A stretch of DNA of 64,000 bases. Origin: Mayamaea pseudoterrestris. Its lineage: Eukaryota. Location of the stretch: NCBI GenBank assembly GCA_027923505.1, contig BROI01000007.1, forward strand, positions 186,001-250,000, in the 5' to 3' direction. How positions within the stretch are numbered: the first letter of the stretch is position 1; the number at the start of each line of letters is the position of its first letter. The position numbers were made by a program, and so were the translations under genes. The notes beneath the pieces are model-generated. The model searched no databases, was not told where the DNA came from, and was given only the letters and a program-made list of their open reading frames with translations. Of this stretch, positions 32,402 through 44,787 are shown in pieces.

Positions 32402-32790
32402 CTGGGAAACAGACTGGCTCCTGAGCCAGGTGAGTCACTGGGCTTGGCGCTTGGATCACTACTTGATGGCACCATTAGTGAGTGCTTGGAGACAAACTGG
32501 GAGCCACTGAGGCGGACAAGTTTGGTGCTGCACTGGGAAAGAGACTGGGTCCTCCGCTAGATGACACATTGGGCTTTAGGCTTGGGTCACTTGATGGCAC
32601 ACTTGATGGCGTACTTGATGTCAAGCTGCTGGGGTTGTGCTAAGAGTCAACTGGGATCCACTGAGGGTGGCAAGCTTATTGTGGCACTGGGAAGGAGACT
32701 GGGTACTGCGCCAGATGATGTGGGATTGGCGCTTGGGTTTCTTGATGGCAAGCTGCTTGGTTGAGTGCTGAGAGACAGACAAGTTTGCAT
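32402..32790 (-). repeat. Right part of the decayed P-S-x-x-coding repeat
   Basis: Continues the same unit (CTGCACTGG|GAAACAGACTGG; GAGACAAACTGGG at ~32489). The minus strand reads SDPSAKPSDSPGSGASLFP. Confidence 0.7.
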
Positions 32791-32868
32791 TTCAATCTTT
32801 TCCTCAAGTGACAACCCCCGCTGTCATGCGCCAGATTGTCATGCCATTGAAAGTGACCCACAGAGGGC

Positions 32869-33470
32869 TTTGGCCTTCAGGTCAGCAGCTTCTGTTGGCA
32901 GGTACTATGTGACTGCCTAACCTAGCAGTGGCAAACATCAGATCCCCACAACCTCTTTGTAAACTGGCTTGGGGCATGATCCAAGGTCACAAATCGATAT
33001 TGTATAGGGCAATCACTTTGTGCATTTGCCTCCTGCTTGTTGCCTGCCTCCAGATCCACAGGAGTTGCTGGTATGTACCACCCAACTGCCAAACACCAAC
33101 CTAGCAGTGGCAAACATGAAGTGCCCACACACTCTATGCGTACAGCCACTGTGCATGATCCAAGGGCACAAGACATACCTCCTTGGTGAATTTGGTTTGC
33201 GCATCAGCCTCCTGCCTGCCTTTGGCCTTCAGGTCAGCAGCTTCTGTTGGCAGGTACTATGTGACTGCCTAACCTAGCAGTGGCAAACATCAGATCCCCA
33301 CAACCTCTTTGTAAACTGGCTTGGGGCATGATCCAAGGTCACAAATTGATATTGTATAGTGCAATCACTTTGTGCATTTGCCTCCTGCTTGTTGCCTGCC
33401 TCCAGATCCACAGGAGTTGCTGGTATGTACCACCCAACTGCCAAACACCAACCTAGCAGTGGCAAACATG
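32869..33470. repeat. CpG-poor tandem repeat: ~176-bp monomers in a 352-bp dimer
   Basis: ~250 bp are nearly identical at 32869 and 33221 (352 apart). 'AACCTAGCAGTGGCAAACAT' occurs at ~32919, 33098, 33271 and 33450. Confidence 0.85.
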
Positions 33471-33737
33471 CAGAGGGGGACATGCTGCACTGGGAAGAAG
33501 ACTACTACGTTCTGTACCAGGTGACACACTGGGCACGGTGCTAGGGTCACTTGATGGTAAGCATGACTACAACATATAGGGCATACCGGTACTGTACAGT
33601 AGCTAAACCCAACTTCACTCAACTTCACTCAAGTATGAAGGAGTCTGTGTCACAGAACAACTCGGTCATTTTGTGAAGTCATTGCATGAGCCTAACATGA
33701 TGTCAATCATGTCGCAGCGGCAGTACTTATTAATCTT

Positions 33738-34490
33738 GTGGAGCATGTCCGGAGAGATCCTACCACTAATATAATGAACTTGGCTCCTCCAGCTCCCATA
33801 ACTGAACCAGCCGTTGCCGAGCCTGCCCAAAAAGTAGAATCGGCAATTGCACACGCTGCACCTGCATGTGAGGCCGCTGTTGCCGCTCCAGCGACGCCGA
33901 TGGAAGCAGCGTCCTTGTATTTGATTGACTGTACCAAGAAATCACTGACATCGGCATTGCCCCCCGTCTCTGTCAAGGCATTAAGAAAGACGGGAATTGT
34001 TTTTGAGTCCTATGCGGGAGTTTTGCAGCTTAATCGTGGGATGAAAAGGAGTTTTTTAAACATACGGCTGCCGTGCTTGCCGCGTGACCGTCGTTCCATT
34101 CCATATGGCGAAGTGAAGAAGTACATAGTCCTCAAGGATGGAATTTGTCTAGTGTACTTAGAGCAGGATGCCCCATCACCCCTCTATGCTCTATCGTTGG
34201 ACGAGATGGATATTGTATCGGAAGATTCGAGGTGGCCGTTCGCCGAGTCTGTTTCGATTGATCCTGTTCCTCCCAAGAATCGGAATCGGAATTTTTCGAC
34301 GATTATATTAAAGCCGAAGCGCGACGGGTCAATATTGTACCAGTTTAGTTTCAATATTGTGGAAACAGGCAAGGATGTTGTTAAACGCTTTGTGGATGCT
34401 GTAGTGCATGCACCAAAGGTGCTACTTGTGCTGGCGACTACATCCTCAGTGAGCGAGGAAGACGAGGTGATAAACAACAAGGAGATATAA
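33738..34490 (+). CDS. Hypothetical protein with probable PH-like domain (true start may be ATG 33773)
   Basis: 250-aa ORF; Ala/Pro-rich N-terminus followed by a PH-like pattern 'YAGVLQL...KKYIVLKDGICLVYLEQDAPSPLYALSL...YQFSF...VVKRFVDAV'. Confidence 0.6.
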   Translation: MEHVRRDPTTNIMNLAPPAPITEPAVAEPAQKVESAIAHAAPACEAAVAAPATPMEAASLYLIDCTKKSLTSALPPVSVKALRKTGIVFESYAGVLQLNRGMKRSFLNIRLPCLPRDRRSIPYGEVKKYIVLKDGICLVYLEQDAPSPLYALSLDEMDIVSEDSRWPFAESVSIDPVPPKNRNRNFSTIILKPKRDGSILYQFSFNIVETGKDVVKRFVDAVVHAPKVLLVLATTSSVSEEDEVINNKEI

Positions 34491-34590
34491 ATTATTTCTT
34501 TTATAAATACAATCCGTTTTCCATGCAATTTTAATCTAATCTATACGCAGTTACATCAAACTACTTCCCTCGCTGCTACCGATCTGTCGA

Positions 34591-35508
34591 CTACTCTTTC
34601 TCGAGGTACTTATGGATATCATCCCCGCCGTAAACTTTTGACGCATGCTGAAACATTTGTTTAATCGACTTGACTACCAAGGGAGTAGATATCCATTGGG
34701 GAATCTTGCCACCAATTTCAAGCTGCAAAATGTATTCAACGTCAAAAGAATCTTTACCGGTCGGCTGCATGGTCGTACTGAACAAGCGCGACTTGGCTCG
34801 CGTGTGCCGCTCCGTAGGAGGAAACATATAGTCGTGCCATGCTTCTAGCTCAACGCCCCAGATAATGCAAGCGCCATCGAGAAAGTCTTGGCATCCACAA
34901 AGCGTCAGCTGCTCCCGAGAATCAACGCCAAGATTCGGCTTGGTTTTGCAGTAACCGACACCAAGCCGACTGCATTCGCCAAACTTGCCATATCCCATTG
35001 CCATGTTGGCATAGTCCAAGTCGTTGATCGGATAAATCTCGTAAACTTGATCAATTTGGTCGTCCCATTTCTTTCGTTCATCGCAATCCATGATAAAGTT
35101 AGTCATTGCCTGACCGACACACGGTCCTTGAATCGTTGCTCGTACTCGAAGCAATGGTGCTGGATGTCCCTGGAAATTGTCGATTCGGTCAATCGATCGT
35201 ACTGACTGTGAACCTGTCTTGTGCGACTCAACCCTCCTCCACGGCAGATCAGTCGCATCTTCGACGGTAGCAAAACCACCGTTTTTTCGGTTAATAACAT
35301 TTCTCAGCAAAGGCGAAACTGCTTCCATTCGTGAGAAAAGTTCCTCAAAATCTGGCAGCTCAATATCGACTCCGTCTGATTTGGACGGAGCTTTCTGTTG
35401 AAGCGTAGGTCGTTCCTGAAAGAGGGTGCTAGCAAAGGCAAGAGCGTAGGAATCTGGTACTAGCAGTAGACCAAGCACGTAAAGGAATACGAGTTGAAGT
35501 GAAAGCAT
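34591..35508 (-). CDS. START/SRPBCC lipid-binding-domain protein, probably plastid-targeted
   Basis: Signal peptide + 'ALA-F'; START-like 'FIMDCDERKKWDDQI', 'GVDSREQLTL', 'VEYILQLEIGGKIPQWISTPLV'. Confidence 0.72.
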   Translation of the reverse strand: MLSLQLVFLYVLGLLLVPDSYALAFASTLFQERPTLQQKAPSKSDGVDIELPDFEELFSRMEAVSPLLRNVINRKNGGFATVEDATDLPWRRVESHKTGSQSVRSIDRIDNFQGHPAPLLRVRATIQGPCVGQAMTNFIMDCDERKKWDDQIDQVYEIYPINDLDYANMAMGYGKFGECSRLGVGYCKTKPNLGVDSREQLTLCGCQDFLDGACIIWGVELEAWHDYMFPPTERHTRAKSRLFSTTMQPTGKDSFDVEYILQLEIGGKIPQWISTPLVVKSIKQMFQHASKVYGGDDIHKYLEKE

Positions 35509-35833
35509 GATGGCGAGACTCGACTTGCTTGCTTATGACAAAATGACAGTGTACTAGCAGGTGGTCGACTCCTCGCTGTACGATTGATACAGCGTCGGCC
35601 TTGATGAGAGTTGATGGCGGCCGAATCTTGTTGGCTTGAAGAGCCGACGAAGCGCGTCGATTTTCTACACCCTTGACTGATTGAAACGTGGGTCATACGT
35701 CATTATGGAACCGGTACGACTTTTTAAATGACGTCCACTCATCACCATTCGTCGCGCCCGGTTTCCTTTTTTCTTTCTCGTGGCGCATCATCCAAAAGCT
35801 GCTCCATTTCTACCATAGCTACAGCATTATACC

Positions 35834-38800
35834 ATGAACTCGCATCATATTAAGTCAGTCAACACGGACGAACGTTCGACGAAGCGTTTGACCTTCGCAT
35901 CGAGCCGTAAGCGATCAAAGCTCACGTCCGCTGACACGTACCGCACCTTTCAGGGTCGACGCGTCGGTATTGGAACAAGCGCCGCCACTCGAGAGGAGCA
36001 AGTGCATAATCCACGACCGAAGAAGAAACAAAGACAACGGAAGTCTAAGGAACAAAAGGAGGCGGAAGATAAGGCGATTTTATCGGACCAAGACGATAGT
36101 GATTCCGATGTCGAAACCAACAAGTCAAACTTTGCCAGCGAGCTCGACATTGCGCTTGACAGGAACGCATCTATTGTTTTTGGAAGCTTCCATCGCGAAG
36201 TATGGCATTTAGTACGGAGTCTTCCCGAGATTATCCACCATGCTGACAAGATTATACACCTTTTGATGGCTTACATGCTATCGCCGGCGACTGATCCAGA
36301 AACCAAATCAAATATTGGCGAAACGGACTTACTGGCAGACTCGAAGCGGGCTCGCTACGTTGTCAACTACGCAACAATTGACATTCTGCATCTCGTGGCT
36401 GTCTTGGCGCGCGATTTGCGTCATGAGATACATCCCTTTATGCACCAGACGATTATTCCGCGCATCTTGAACGATCTTTTGCACCCGCCGGCACATGAAA
36501 ATAACAAGCAGCAAATGCCACTGGATGTATGCTTTGTTGAAGCTGCATTCCGTACAGTGTCCTACCTATTTCGATACGATGCGGAAGCCCTGTTAGCGGA
36601 GAAGGCCGGTGGCGAAGAGCCATGCTTGGAGCCGATTCGCGAGTATTACGGCTTGGTCCTTGCGAGTCGGCGCGATGTGGTGCGACGTCTCGGAGCCGAA
36701 ACATTTGCTCCACTCGTGCGCAAGCTTTCCGAATCGGCGAGAAAGCGTCATTTGAAACGACTCTTGAAAGCATTGGCGCGGAACAGTGCAGGCGATTCTT
36801 CTGCTGCTCGTCGGTTGCAGTCTGATGCAATCGATGGAATCTCAACCTTCCTATTTGAAGTTGCTCGTGGTGTTCAGCGACGCTTGCACTCTAAGGGCAT
36901 TGTTGTAATCAAGGCTGTAGAAGAGGCTGTGAGCTGTCAAGATGAATTGAATGGTGGCTATGAACTGTTGATTAATGTTGGAGAGGCGTTTGTGAACCGA
37001 TTGACGCGGTCGTTAGATGCACAAAATATTGCAGCGGTCTTCCGTGTGATGTGTAAACCAGTTAAGACGGTAATCTCGTCTGAGGGACGGTTAGTTGGCC
37101 AAGGCTTCGTGGGTGTATTACGCTTAATTGGTAAACTTTGCTCGCGCCACGAGTCGTTACTCGAAACGGTAGAACTACTTGATCAGCTTTTATATGTGAG
37201 CATTTTTGATCAGTTATCTTTGAAGCAACAAGAATCGGTTTTGGATCTCCTTTCGCTAGTATGGAAGCGTGCACCAGAACAGAAGGAATTCACTGGACGA
37301 ATGAACAGCAGGATCTGTAATCTTATAAAAACATGCATTGGTGTCGGAAGTAAGGATACTAATGAAAACGCCGGCGCACATGCCTTGTCAGTTGCACTAG
37401 ACTTGATGGCATATTTGCCTGTAGAAGTTGCCATGAAAACTGTCGGTTCAGCGCTTTTATCTGTCGCAGCTGCGTCAGATTTTGAAGTGGGTGACTCGAC
37501 CTTGCCTCTCCTGTTCGCCGTGGTTGGAGCACGGGATCGCGCAATCGATGTTGGCGGAACTGACGCGCTATTCGATCTACACCTCGCAAGACATTGCCTT
37601 GTAAATGAAACAGATCGAGAGAAATTGTTGCATAACTTATTGCTTTTAACCGGAGGAGATGATTGGACGACCGAAAAGGTCGCTAGTGCAGGTATAGCTG
37701 TGCAGTGCCTCGCTTTCATTGCCGCGACTACGGCTGACGAACGAAGAGCCACGATGATGTTCGAACAGGTAGCAAAGGGTATTGTGGCGGTCATGAAGGT
37801 TACTGCTTCATCAACTGCAATCAACGATATCGACGCAAAGCGAAAAGTGTCACTCACATTTTCGCTTGCGCTTGAGTCGTTGTCGTGCCTTGCAGCGTTT
37901 CAGTTGGAAGGCGTTACCAAAGACAAGCTTGTGCAGAAAGTTGTGGAAGAGGTAATGCCGCTAGCACGTGACCACCTTGTGGCTAGCCCCAGTGCGCTTT
38001 GGACAGTAAAAAGCGTTGCCGCGTATGTCCACGTGCTCCAGCAGCTTCATTTGCGTTTGAATGTTGATTTTGAACGGGCATTTGATGATTTGATACCGAA
38101 CTTACGCAGCCGCAAGCATTTTTTCCGGCTGCACACGCTCGAGATATTGTCTAGCTTTCCTTTGAGAACAATGGCTGTTGACTATGCCGACCTTGATTTG
38201 GCCGGAGATTTGGACGACGAGCCCCGCGACGGCCAACGTATACCCAAGGCAAACGTGTCATTAGCAGCGATTAGCACTTTTGGCATGCTCTCTTTGCTTC
38301 TCGCCATTGAATCGTGTCCAGTCTCATTTGAGCATGAAAGGCAATTGATATCTCAAATATCTCGTGTCAGCGTTCTTGGGCGCGGGAGACGACTGCCGAT
38401 CTATTACGCCGAAGCTGCTGCAAATCATTTGGTTGGTCTTTTGCATGTCAAATTTGCTCCTGTTTGGCCTGCTATTGTCCAGGCTATCGGTGAGTTAGCC
38501 AAGGGTCATGTGAAATGTACATGGCCCCCGATCTTCAAAAGTATTCAGTCGTTGATGGAACGCCCTCTCCGTCAGTCTTCTCCCGATGAAGACCTTTCGT
38601 GCGAAGCAACAACACTGTGTAATGTTAATAATTACTGTAGCAAATGTCTTTCTTGGGAAACCGCCGATGTTCATGCGCACAGTCTTTTCAAAAGAGATTT
38701 TGCGTCATGTCATGTGGCCGGTATCGTGTCGAAGCACGATGCGGTGGATGAGGCTACTGTACTTGAGTGGCTATGGAAAATCATCGAGAATGGTCCTGAA

Positions 38801-41800
38801 CTACTTACTCAACACGCTAGTGTCATCGTACCCTGTATCCTTCGCTTCATACAGGAGCAATATTTCGCTGGGTCGAGGGTGGATCCGGATGCTAGGGAGC
38901 TCAAAATATACGATCTGGTCGCCTGTGGAAGGTAAGTCGATACAGCTTCCATCGATGTGACGTGCGCGCACAGCATTTTACTGAGCAGTGCAAACTCTGT
39001 TCTGCAGAGGTTGGGAAGGTTTGGCGGTGGATAAGGGAGCGGTGTATCGGAGGCTTGTCTCAGTTTTAAGAGCGCTCGCAAGTGTCAAGAATGTGAGCCA
39101 TCTTCAGTCTCATGGAATGTCAGATACAATCTACAAATCGCTACTCACTCATCCGGATAATTTGGTCGGGCGTTTGGCGTTGACGTGCTTGTTACGCTAT
39201 AAGTTTGATTATCTGTCAGGGTACGAACATGGCCTGTTGAAATTGTTCGAGAAGGACCAGCTCCGCGATTCTCTTTTGCAAATGAAATCTATAGCCGAAG
39301 AAGACTCAAATTTCTCGCATCATCGCGGCAACGTCATACCAATTCTTTCGAGAATCTTATTTGGCAGGCTTTCGGCGAGACCGGCGGGTAAATCATCGAA
39401 GCAATCGCCGTGTACTATGCGACATGCCGTTTTGTCCTTCCTTACGTCTTTCTGCGTGGATGATAATGAACTATATCCTTTCGTATACTTGTGCCTTCGC
39501 GCATATGTCCCACTTAACGTTGAAGTAAAAATCCTGGAGGCACAGGATGCGACACGGAGAGACGAAATTATAGGCGCTTTGGTGTGTGGAACGGCTGAAA
39601 GCTTCGCCCATGTCTCGTCTAGCGTGCATCAAGGATTTCTGCACATGCTGGAAGCATTGATCGCACAGCTTGGTCATCGCGTTTCTCACTTTGTGCCTGC
39701 ATTTATGACGATCCTTGTTGCCCTTGTTAAAAGGTTCGAGTTGAGGACACCCGACGAAAACTTCACTGTGGCGCTTCAAACCACGGACGACAGTCGTGAT
39801 GGTTTAATTCGCACGCTCTGCTTTCGACGTTTTTCCGAGATATTTGCGAAATTTAATAGTACAATTGACTTTCGTGAATATCAAGCGCGGCTTTGGGATG
39901 CTCTGGGAAACTCTATTAACCAATTACCGATATCGGCGGTAAATTCCACTCAGGTACCAGCGGTCCTCCAGCTATTGAAGACAATATCTGTTTATCCACG
40001 ATTGTTTTACTTGATTAAAAGCAATGATGCGGCTATCACATCTGTTGTTCGATGCATTGGGGAACGAAGTGGCGCATCTGTCGTTGAGGCAGCTTTAGCG
40101 TTCATCGACAATATTTTGGTACATTGCACCGACGATGACTCTGGTAGCGCATTAGTTCGACCCCATGTGCCTCTTATCTTAAACCAATTTCAGTCACGGT
40201 TGAAACACTTTGATGCCGGGGTTACGCCTTGGGCATTAAAGCAAGCAACAGTCAACAATGCTAGCGAAGCATCGACATGGCGACAGGAGTTGGCTATTCT
40301 GTGTCGGATCAGCGCGCTTGTAGGAAACTCCATCTCGCGTTTGACGGCTGAAGACGACAACGCGGCACTATCTGATTTGCTTGTTCCGTTTTTGGAATCT
40401 GGTAGGCTGACCGAGAACGACCTTTTAAATACGCTGGGCATACTGCAGGCACTCTCGCCGAAACTGGGCACAGAAGCAGCTTTACGCTTATTTAACCGAA
40501 TATCGATATTACTTGGACCGGAGAAGAAGAAGCCGAGAAATTTGGCGAAACAAATTTATCGAGCTATGGCGTCTGTCTTAAGCATCCTTTCTTCTTCCTC
40601 GCTCCATTTCGCTGTCACGTCAACAGATATTACTTTAAGTCTATGGTCCCTTCACTCTGTTCGAATAGATGAATTAGACATTGACAAAGTGGTGGCAACT
40701 TTGGGCAGACTTGGCGAAACTTCAGGCTTTCTTTGGATAAAGCTTTCGAGAAGCAGTGAAGCAATTGACCCGGTCGCACTCCAGCCCGTGATCACGACTT
40801 GTTTCCGTTTCTTGTTCGACGATGACGGTGTTGTATCTCGTGGAGCTTTTAAGGCTCTAAAAGCACTTGTTTTTGCCGCCGGGCGCGAGGCTCAATCCAG
40901 CAACGAAAGTGCTACGCTTTGGCTAAAATGTCTAGAAGGTACGATTGCTGCCTTCATCCGTAATGGCATCACAATCAAAGACGAATCGATTCGGCGGTTT
41001 TACATACTTCTTCTTGCTGAAGTTTGCCGAATGGCACAGTCAGCGGGATTCGACTCCCCACACTTGCATAGCGATCTTGCAAAGCTCATACGAGACGATG
41101 CGCCCGACTTGGACTTTTTTTTAAACATCACCCATGTGCAGATACACCGCAGAGCGAGGGCACTCCAACGCTTGCGCCAAAATCTTGCCACGAGCTCGAA
41201 TGCGACTGAGACCTTCTTTTCTCAAACAATTTCAAGTATTCTTATTCCCGTCGCAACCCATGCCGTCTACGAAAGCAAGACGAAAACGGAGGAGAACCTC
41301 GCGACTGAAGCGATTGCGACGGTCGGCGCATTGTGTCGCTTGCTGACTTGGAGCAAATACAGCACATTACTTGGAACCACAATCAACCAGTTCCATCGCC
41401 ATGTGGAACAGGAACGTTTTCTTGTGGCGCTGATTTGCAGTATTCTCGATGGCTTCCATTTTCAAGTGGCTTTGGGGAATGGATCGGACGGCGTAGTGTG
41501 GAGGGCACTCGAAAAGCGATTTATTCCAAAACTTGAAGGCTTGCTAGTCAAGGAGAAAACTGATCGCAAAGGCGAGACTATCAAAACACTACGACCGCCT
41601 ATAGTGCTAGCGATGCTTAAGCTCTTCCAACAATTTCCCAGAATGTATCTGATCGGAAAACTGCCGCGCTTGCTAACAGTTATATGCGGCATGCTTAAGA
41701 ACCGAGATTCGAATGTTAGGGACCTAGCTCGAACAACTCTCGCACACATGACAGTGTCACTTGATATAACGTTTCTCGCAGATATCATTAGAGAGCTTGC

Positions 41801-44520
41801 CGTTACTTTGAAGGAGGGCTATCAGCTGCACGTGCGAGCTGCAACAATTCATTCCATTTTGCTGGAGCTTTCTCTATCATATACAGTTCCTGACCTGGGA
41901 GTAAATGAAGAAGCTGAGATTGGATTTGACAATGCAGTCCCAGGAATGATAGATCTGATACAACAGGACATCTTTGGTGATGCACAAGAGCGAAAAGATG
42001 CAGAAGGCAACCAGGTTCGCTACGTGAAAGAAGCAGCTGGATCGAAAAGCTACCACTCGCTTGAAATTATTTCAAGCTTAATTTTGTTTAAGCCATCGAC
42101 TGGAGAGAAAAGTACTGTTCATGTCATTGTTATTCCTTTTTTGGAGCGGCTGAAAAATCCGACAATCAGCGCCGGCTTGATCAGGAGGATCAAAGAGTGC
42201 CTGACGCGCATCGTCACTGGTCTATCACGGAACTCGAGTCTTGGAAGCGACGAGGCCCTTGCATTTGTGCATGCTACGATAGAACCCTTCATAAGGCGAC
42301 ATTCGGTCGAAGCTGTCACGTCGTCACTTTATCTTATTGCCGGATTGGAGAGCGATGACGATGCTTGCACGCCGCTACACGTTAGCGGGAGCCTACCCAA
42401 TGCGACCATGGTACATTCTTGCTCACGCCAACTCAGCGTCGCTGAATGGCGGCCGTCTGTCTCAGGATTTTCTTCGACTGCAAATGAAGCGCGATTGGCC
42501 AAAAGGTTGTCGGAAAGAAACCTTGCCACTGTGCAGGACGGTTGCAGCGCACCGACGCTCACGGGCGCAAATCGACATTTGCGATTGGTGGACAGTAGTG
42601 CGCTATCAATAAACAACCCTGCAAGTGTTAGTGCTGTCCTTTTCGGCCTGCAGTTGTTGCATTCTGCTGTGAAGCAGGTTCGGTCTGAACAGGTGGATTT
42701 GGTTAAGCTTGATGTCTTTGTTCCAATCCTCACAGCCTGTGTCTGCACATGCAGCGATTTAGAGGTGGTGTTTCTTGCCTTAAAAACTTTGTGCTTACTT
42801 CTTAGCTTTGACCTTCCATCATTCGAGGTCTACGCCACCTCCTTGTCATCAAAGGCTGTTGAATTACTGACATCATCTGGGTCTGCACGCAACCAGAACA
42901 ACGAAACTGCTCATTCCTGTTATAAAATGTTGGCATATTTGCTAGATTTTGAACGAAAGAGAGGCTTAGACGGAAGCGATGCCGCTACTACAAGTCATCA
43001 GCTTTTAGATAATGCACAGATGGAATTACTACTTTCCTTTGTTCGAGCTTCCATCGTTGATTCCGATAATTACAACCCTGCTTTTCGCCTGTTAAAGGCG
43101 ATAATGTCGCGTCGCTTTGCTTCATCAGAATTTTACGATCTGATGGAAACTCTTCTGCAACAAACGGCGAAAAGCCACAAGCCATCACTTCGTGAACAAA
43201 GCACCACAACGTTTATCAATTTTCTGCTTACATATCCCATGTCGACGGAAAGGATTGAGCAGCACCTGAAGCAGGCCGTCTTAAACATTAAATACGAGTA
43301 CGCAGATGGGCGCCTTTCAGCAATCCAATTGCTATCGACAGTGATTAAGCGATTGCCGCTGGAGCTTTTAGATCATCATCTTCAGCTCTTCTTTCTACCG
43401 CTGACGTTGCAACTGGCAAATGATTTGTCCGAAGAGTGTCGAAATGCGGTTGCGAGCTGCATCAGATCATTGCTGGGCCGACTGCTCAAAATCGCTGCAA
43501 CTTTGCTATGAATACGTTTTGCGATGGTCTAGCGGTCAAGAGACTCTCGGCGCACAGCGTTGCAGCTGTTTGGATTGTTCGTAGAATCATGCTCAGATTT
43601 TTTGCGTCGGCAGGGAGAGTTGATAGGATGCTTTGTGTAATGGACTCGATCCCGCACAATCCTTCATCAGATTGGGAGCTAGTCTATTTCTCGCTGCTCG
43701 ATCTGGACAAGTCTATGAAGGACTGAACGACATAATTGTCCCGAGAAGCAATCTTTGGGTTGGCACGTCACGTGCTCTTTGGTCTAAACACCCATGGGTG
43801 CGGCGTTCAGCGTGTCGGCTATTGGCAAAGTATCTTAACTTGTTTGTCATTAACGAGCTTGTCGCGACAAGATGAGCAGCATTTCACTTGTCGCCAAACA
43901 TCCAGGATCGCTGGAGGAACTTGCGAGAGGCCATGTCGTTGGCCAGTCTGGACGAGGAGAATACGACGACGATATCAACTGATCTGACAAATCGCTCACT
44001 GGGTCTCCAGGCCATTCATCGATGTCCTAGTCTCATTGTCGGCAATTAAAATTCTAGTGAGGAGCATCCATGGTGCTGAAGCGGTTATCACAAAGCGCGA
44101 AGAACAAGGATCCAAGCGCGCAAGGCCGTATACATGTGTTTTGCTTTTGCAACTTTTGTCCGGACATAATCGAGGGTGATTTGCCATTGATTATCGAACC
44201 TTGCACCGGTCCGAATTGAGACGCGCAATGTGCTCGACCTCCTCATTTAGTACAACAAAATGAGCGTCCCTGGGATGCGGCAACGAGGAATCGAGACTTG
44301 CCGGGGAATCGTCATGCTGGAGCAGCAATTGACACGAATGATAAGTTTGTTGTGGCGTATGGTAGTTAAGAGGTTTCAGGAGAAGAAGGATCACGCAAGT
44401 TGAAATAAAATGAAGTATTGTAGAACCAAAGCGTCAGAAAGCGCAAGATTCAAAAGACGAGCGCGAAAAGCAGACACAAGGACGGGAAAATGAGAAAGAA
44501 GAACCCAAGAGGGGGACAGA
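35834..44520 (+). CDS. UTP20: U3 snoRNP/SSU processome component UTP20 (DRIM); intron 38932-39007; 3' end frameshifted after ~43500, end coordinate approximate
   Basis: N-terminal 'VRSLPEIIHH', 'LARDLRHE', 'HFFRLHTLEIL', 'GLLHVKFAPVW', 'DFFLNITHVQIHRRARAL', DRIM-like 'LKEGYQLHV..ATIHSIL', 'YEYADGRLSA'. The 76-bp GTAAGT..TGCAG intron joins ORF 35834 and ORF 38988 in frame. HEAT-like fragments and a basic, purine-rich tail continue to ~44.5 kb. Confidence 0.9.
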
Positions 44521-44787
44521 AAAGGCGGAGAGGAACGATGAAGAGAAATGTCTTCTTTTTTCTCAAGATGCGGGGTATGCGCACATGGGAGTAGTGGGAT
44601 GAATAAATATTGTAAATACTATTACTAGTTGTCGCATGTTCACTGCATGTTTGCTGGTATGGACGTCAATGTGCGGAATTGCACAGCATATGGTTGCAAC
44701 AAAGGCCAGGGATCGGGTAAACACCCTCCAGTCGAATGACATCATGGGGGATCCAAATCAGGATGTATCCCAGGTGTTGCTCACGCC

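Noticed and set aside
43500..44520. UTP20 as a true pseudogene
   Set aside because: About 2500 codons are intact, the gene is essential, and the damage is confined to a zone where the neighbouring element is also indel-rich; sequence error is more likely.
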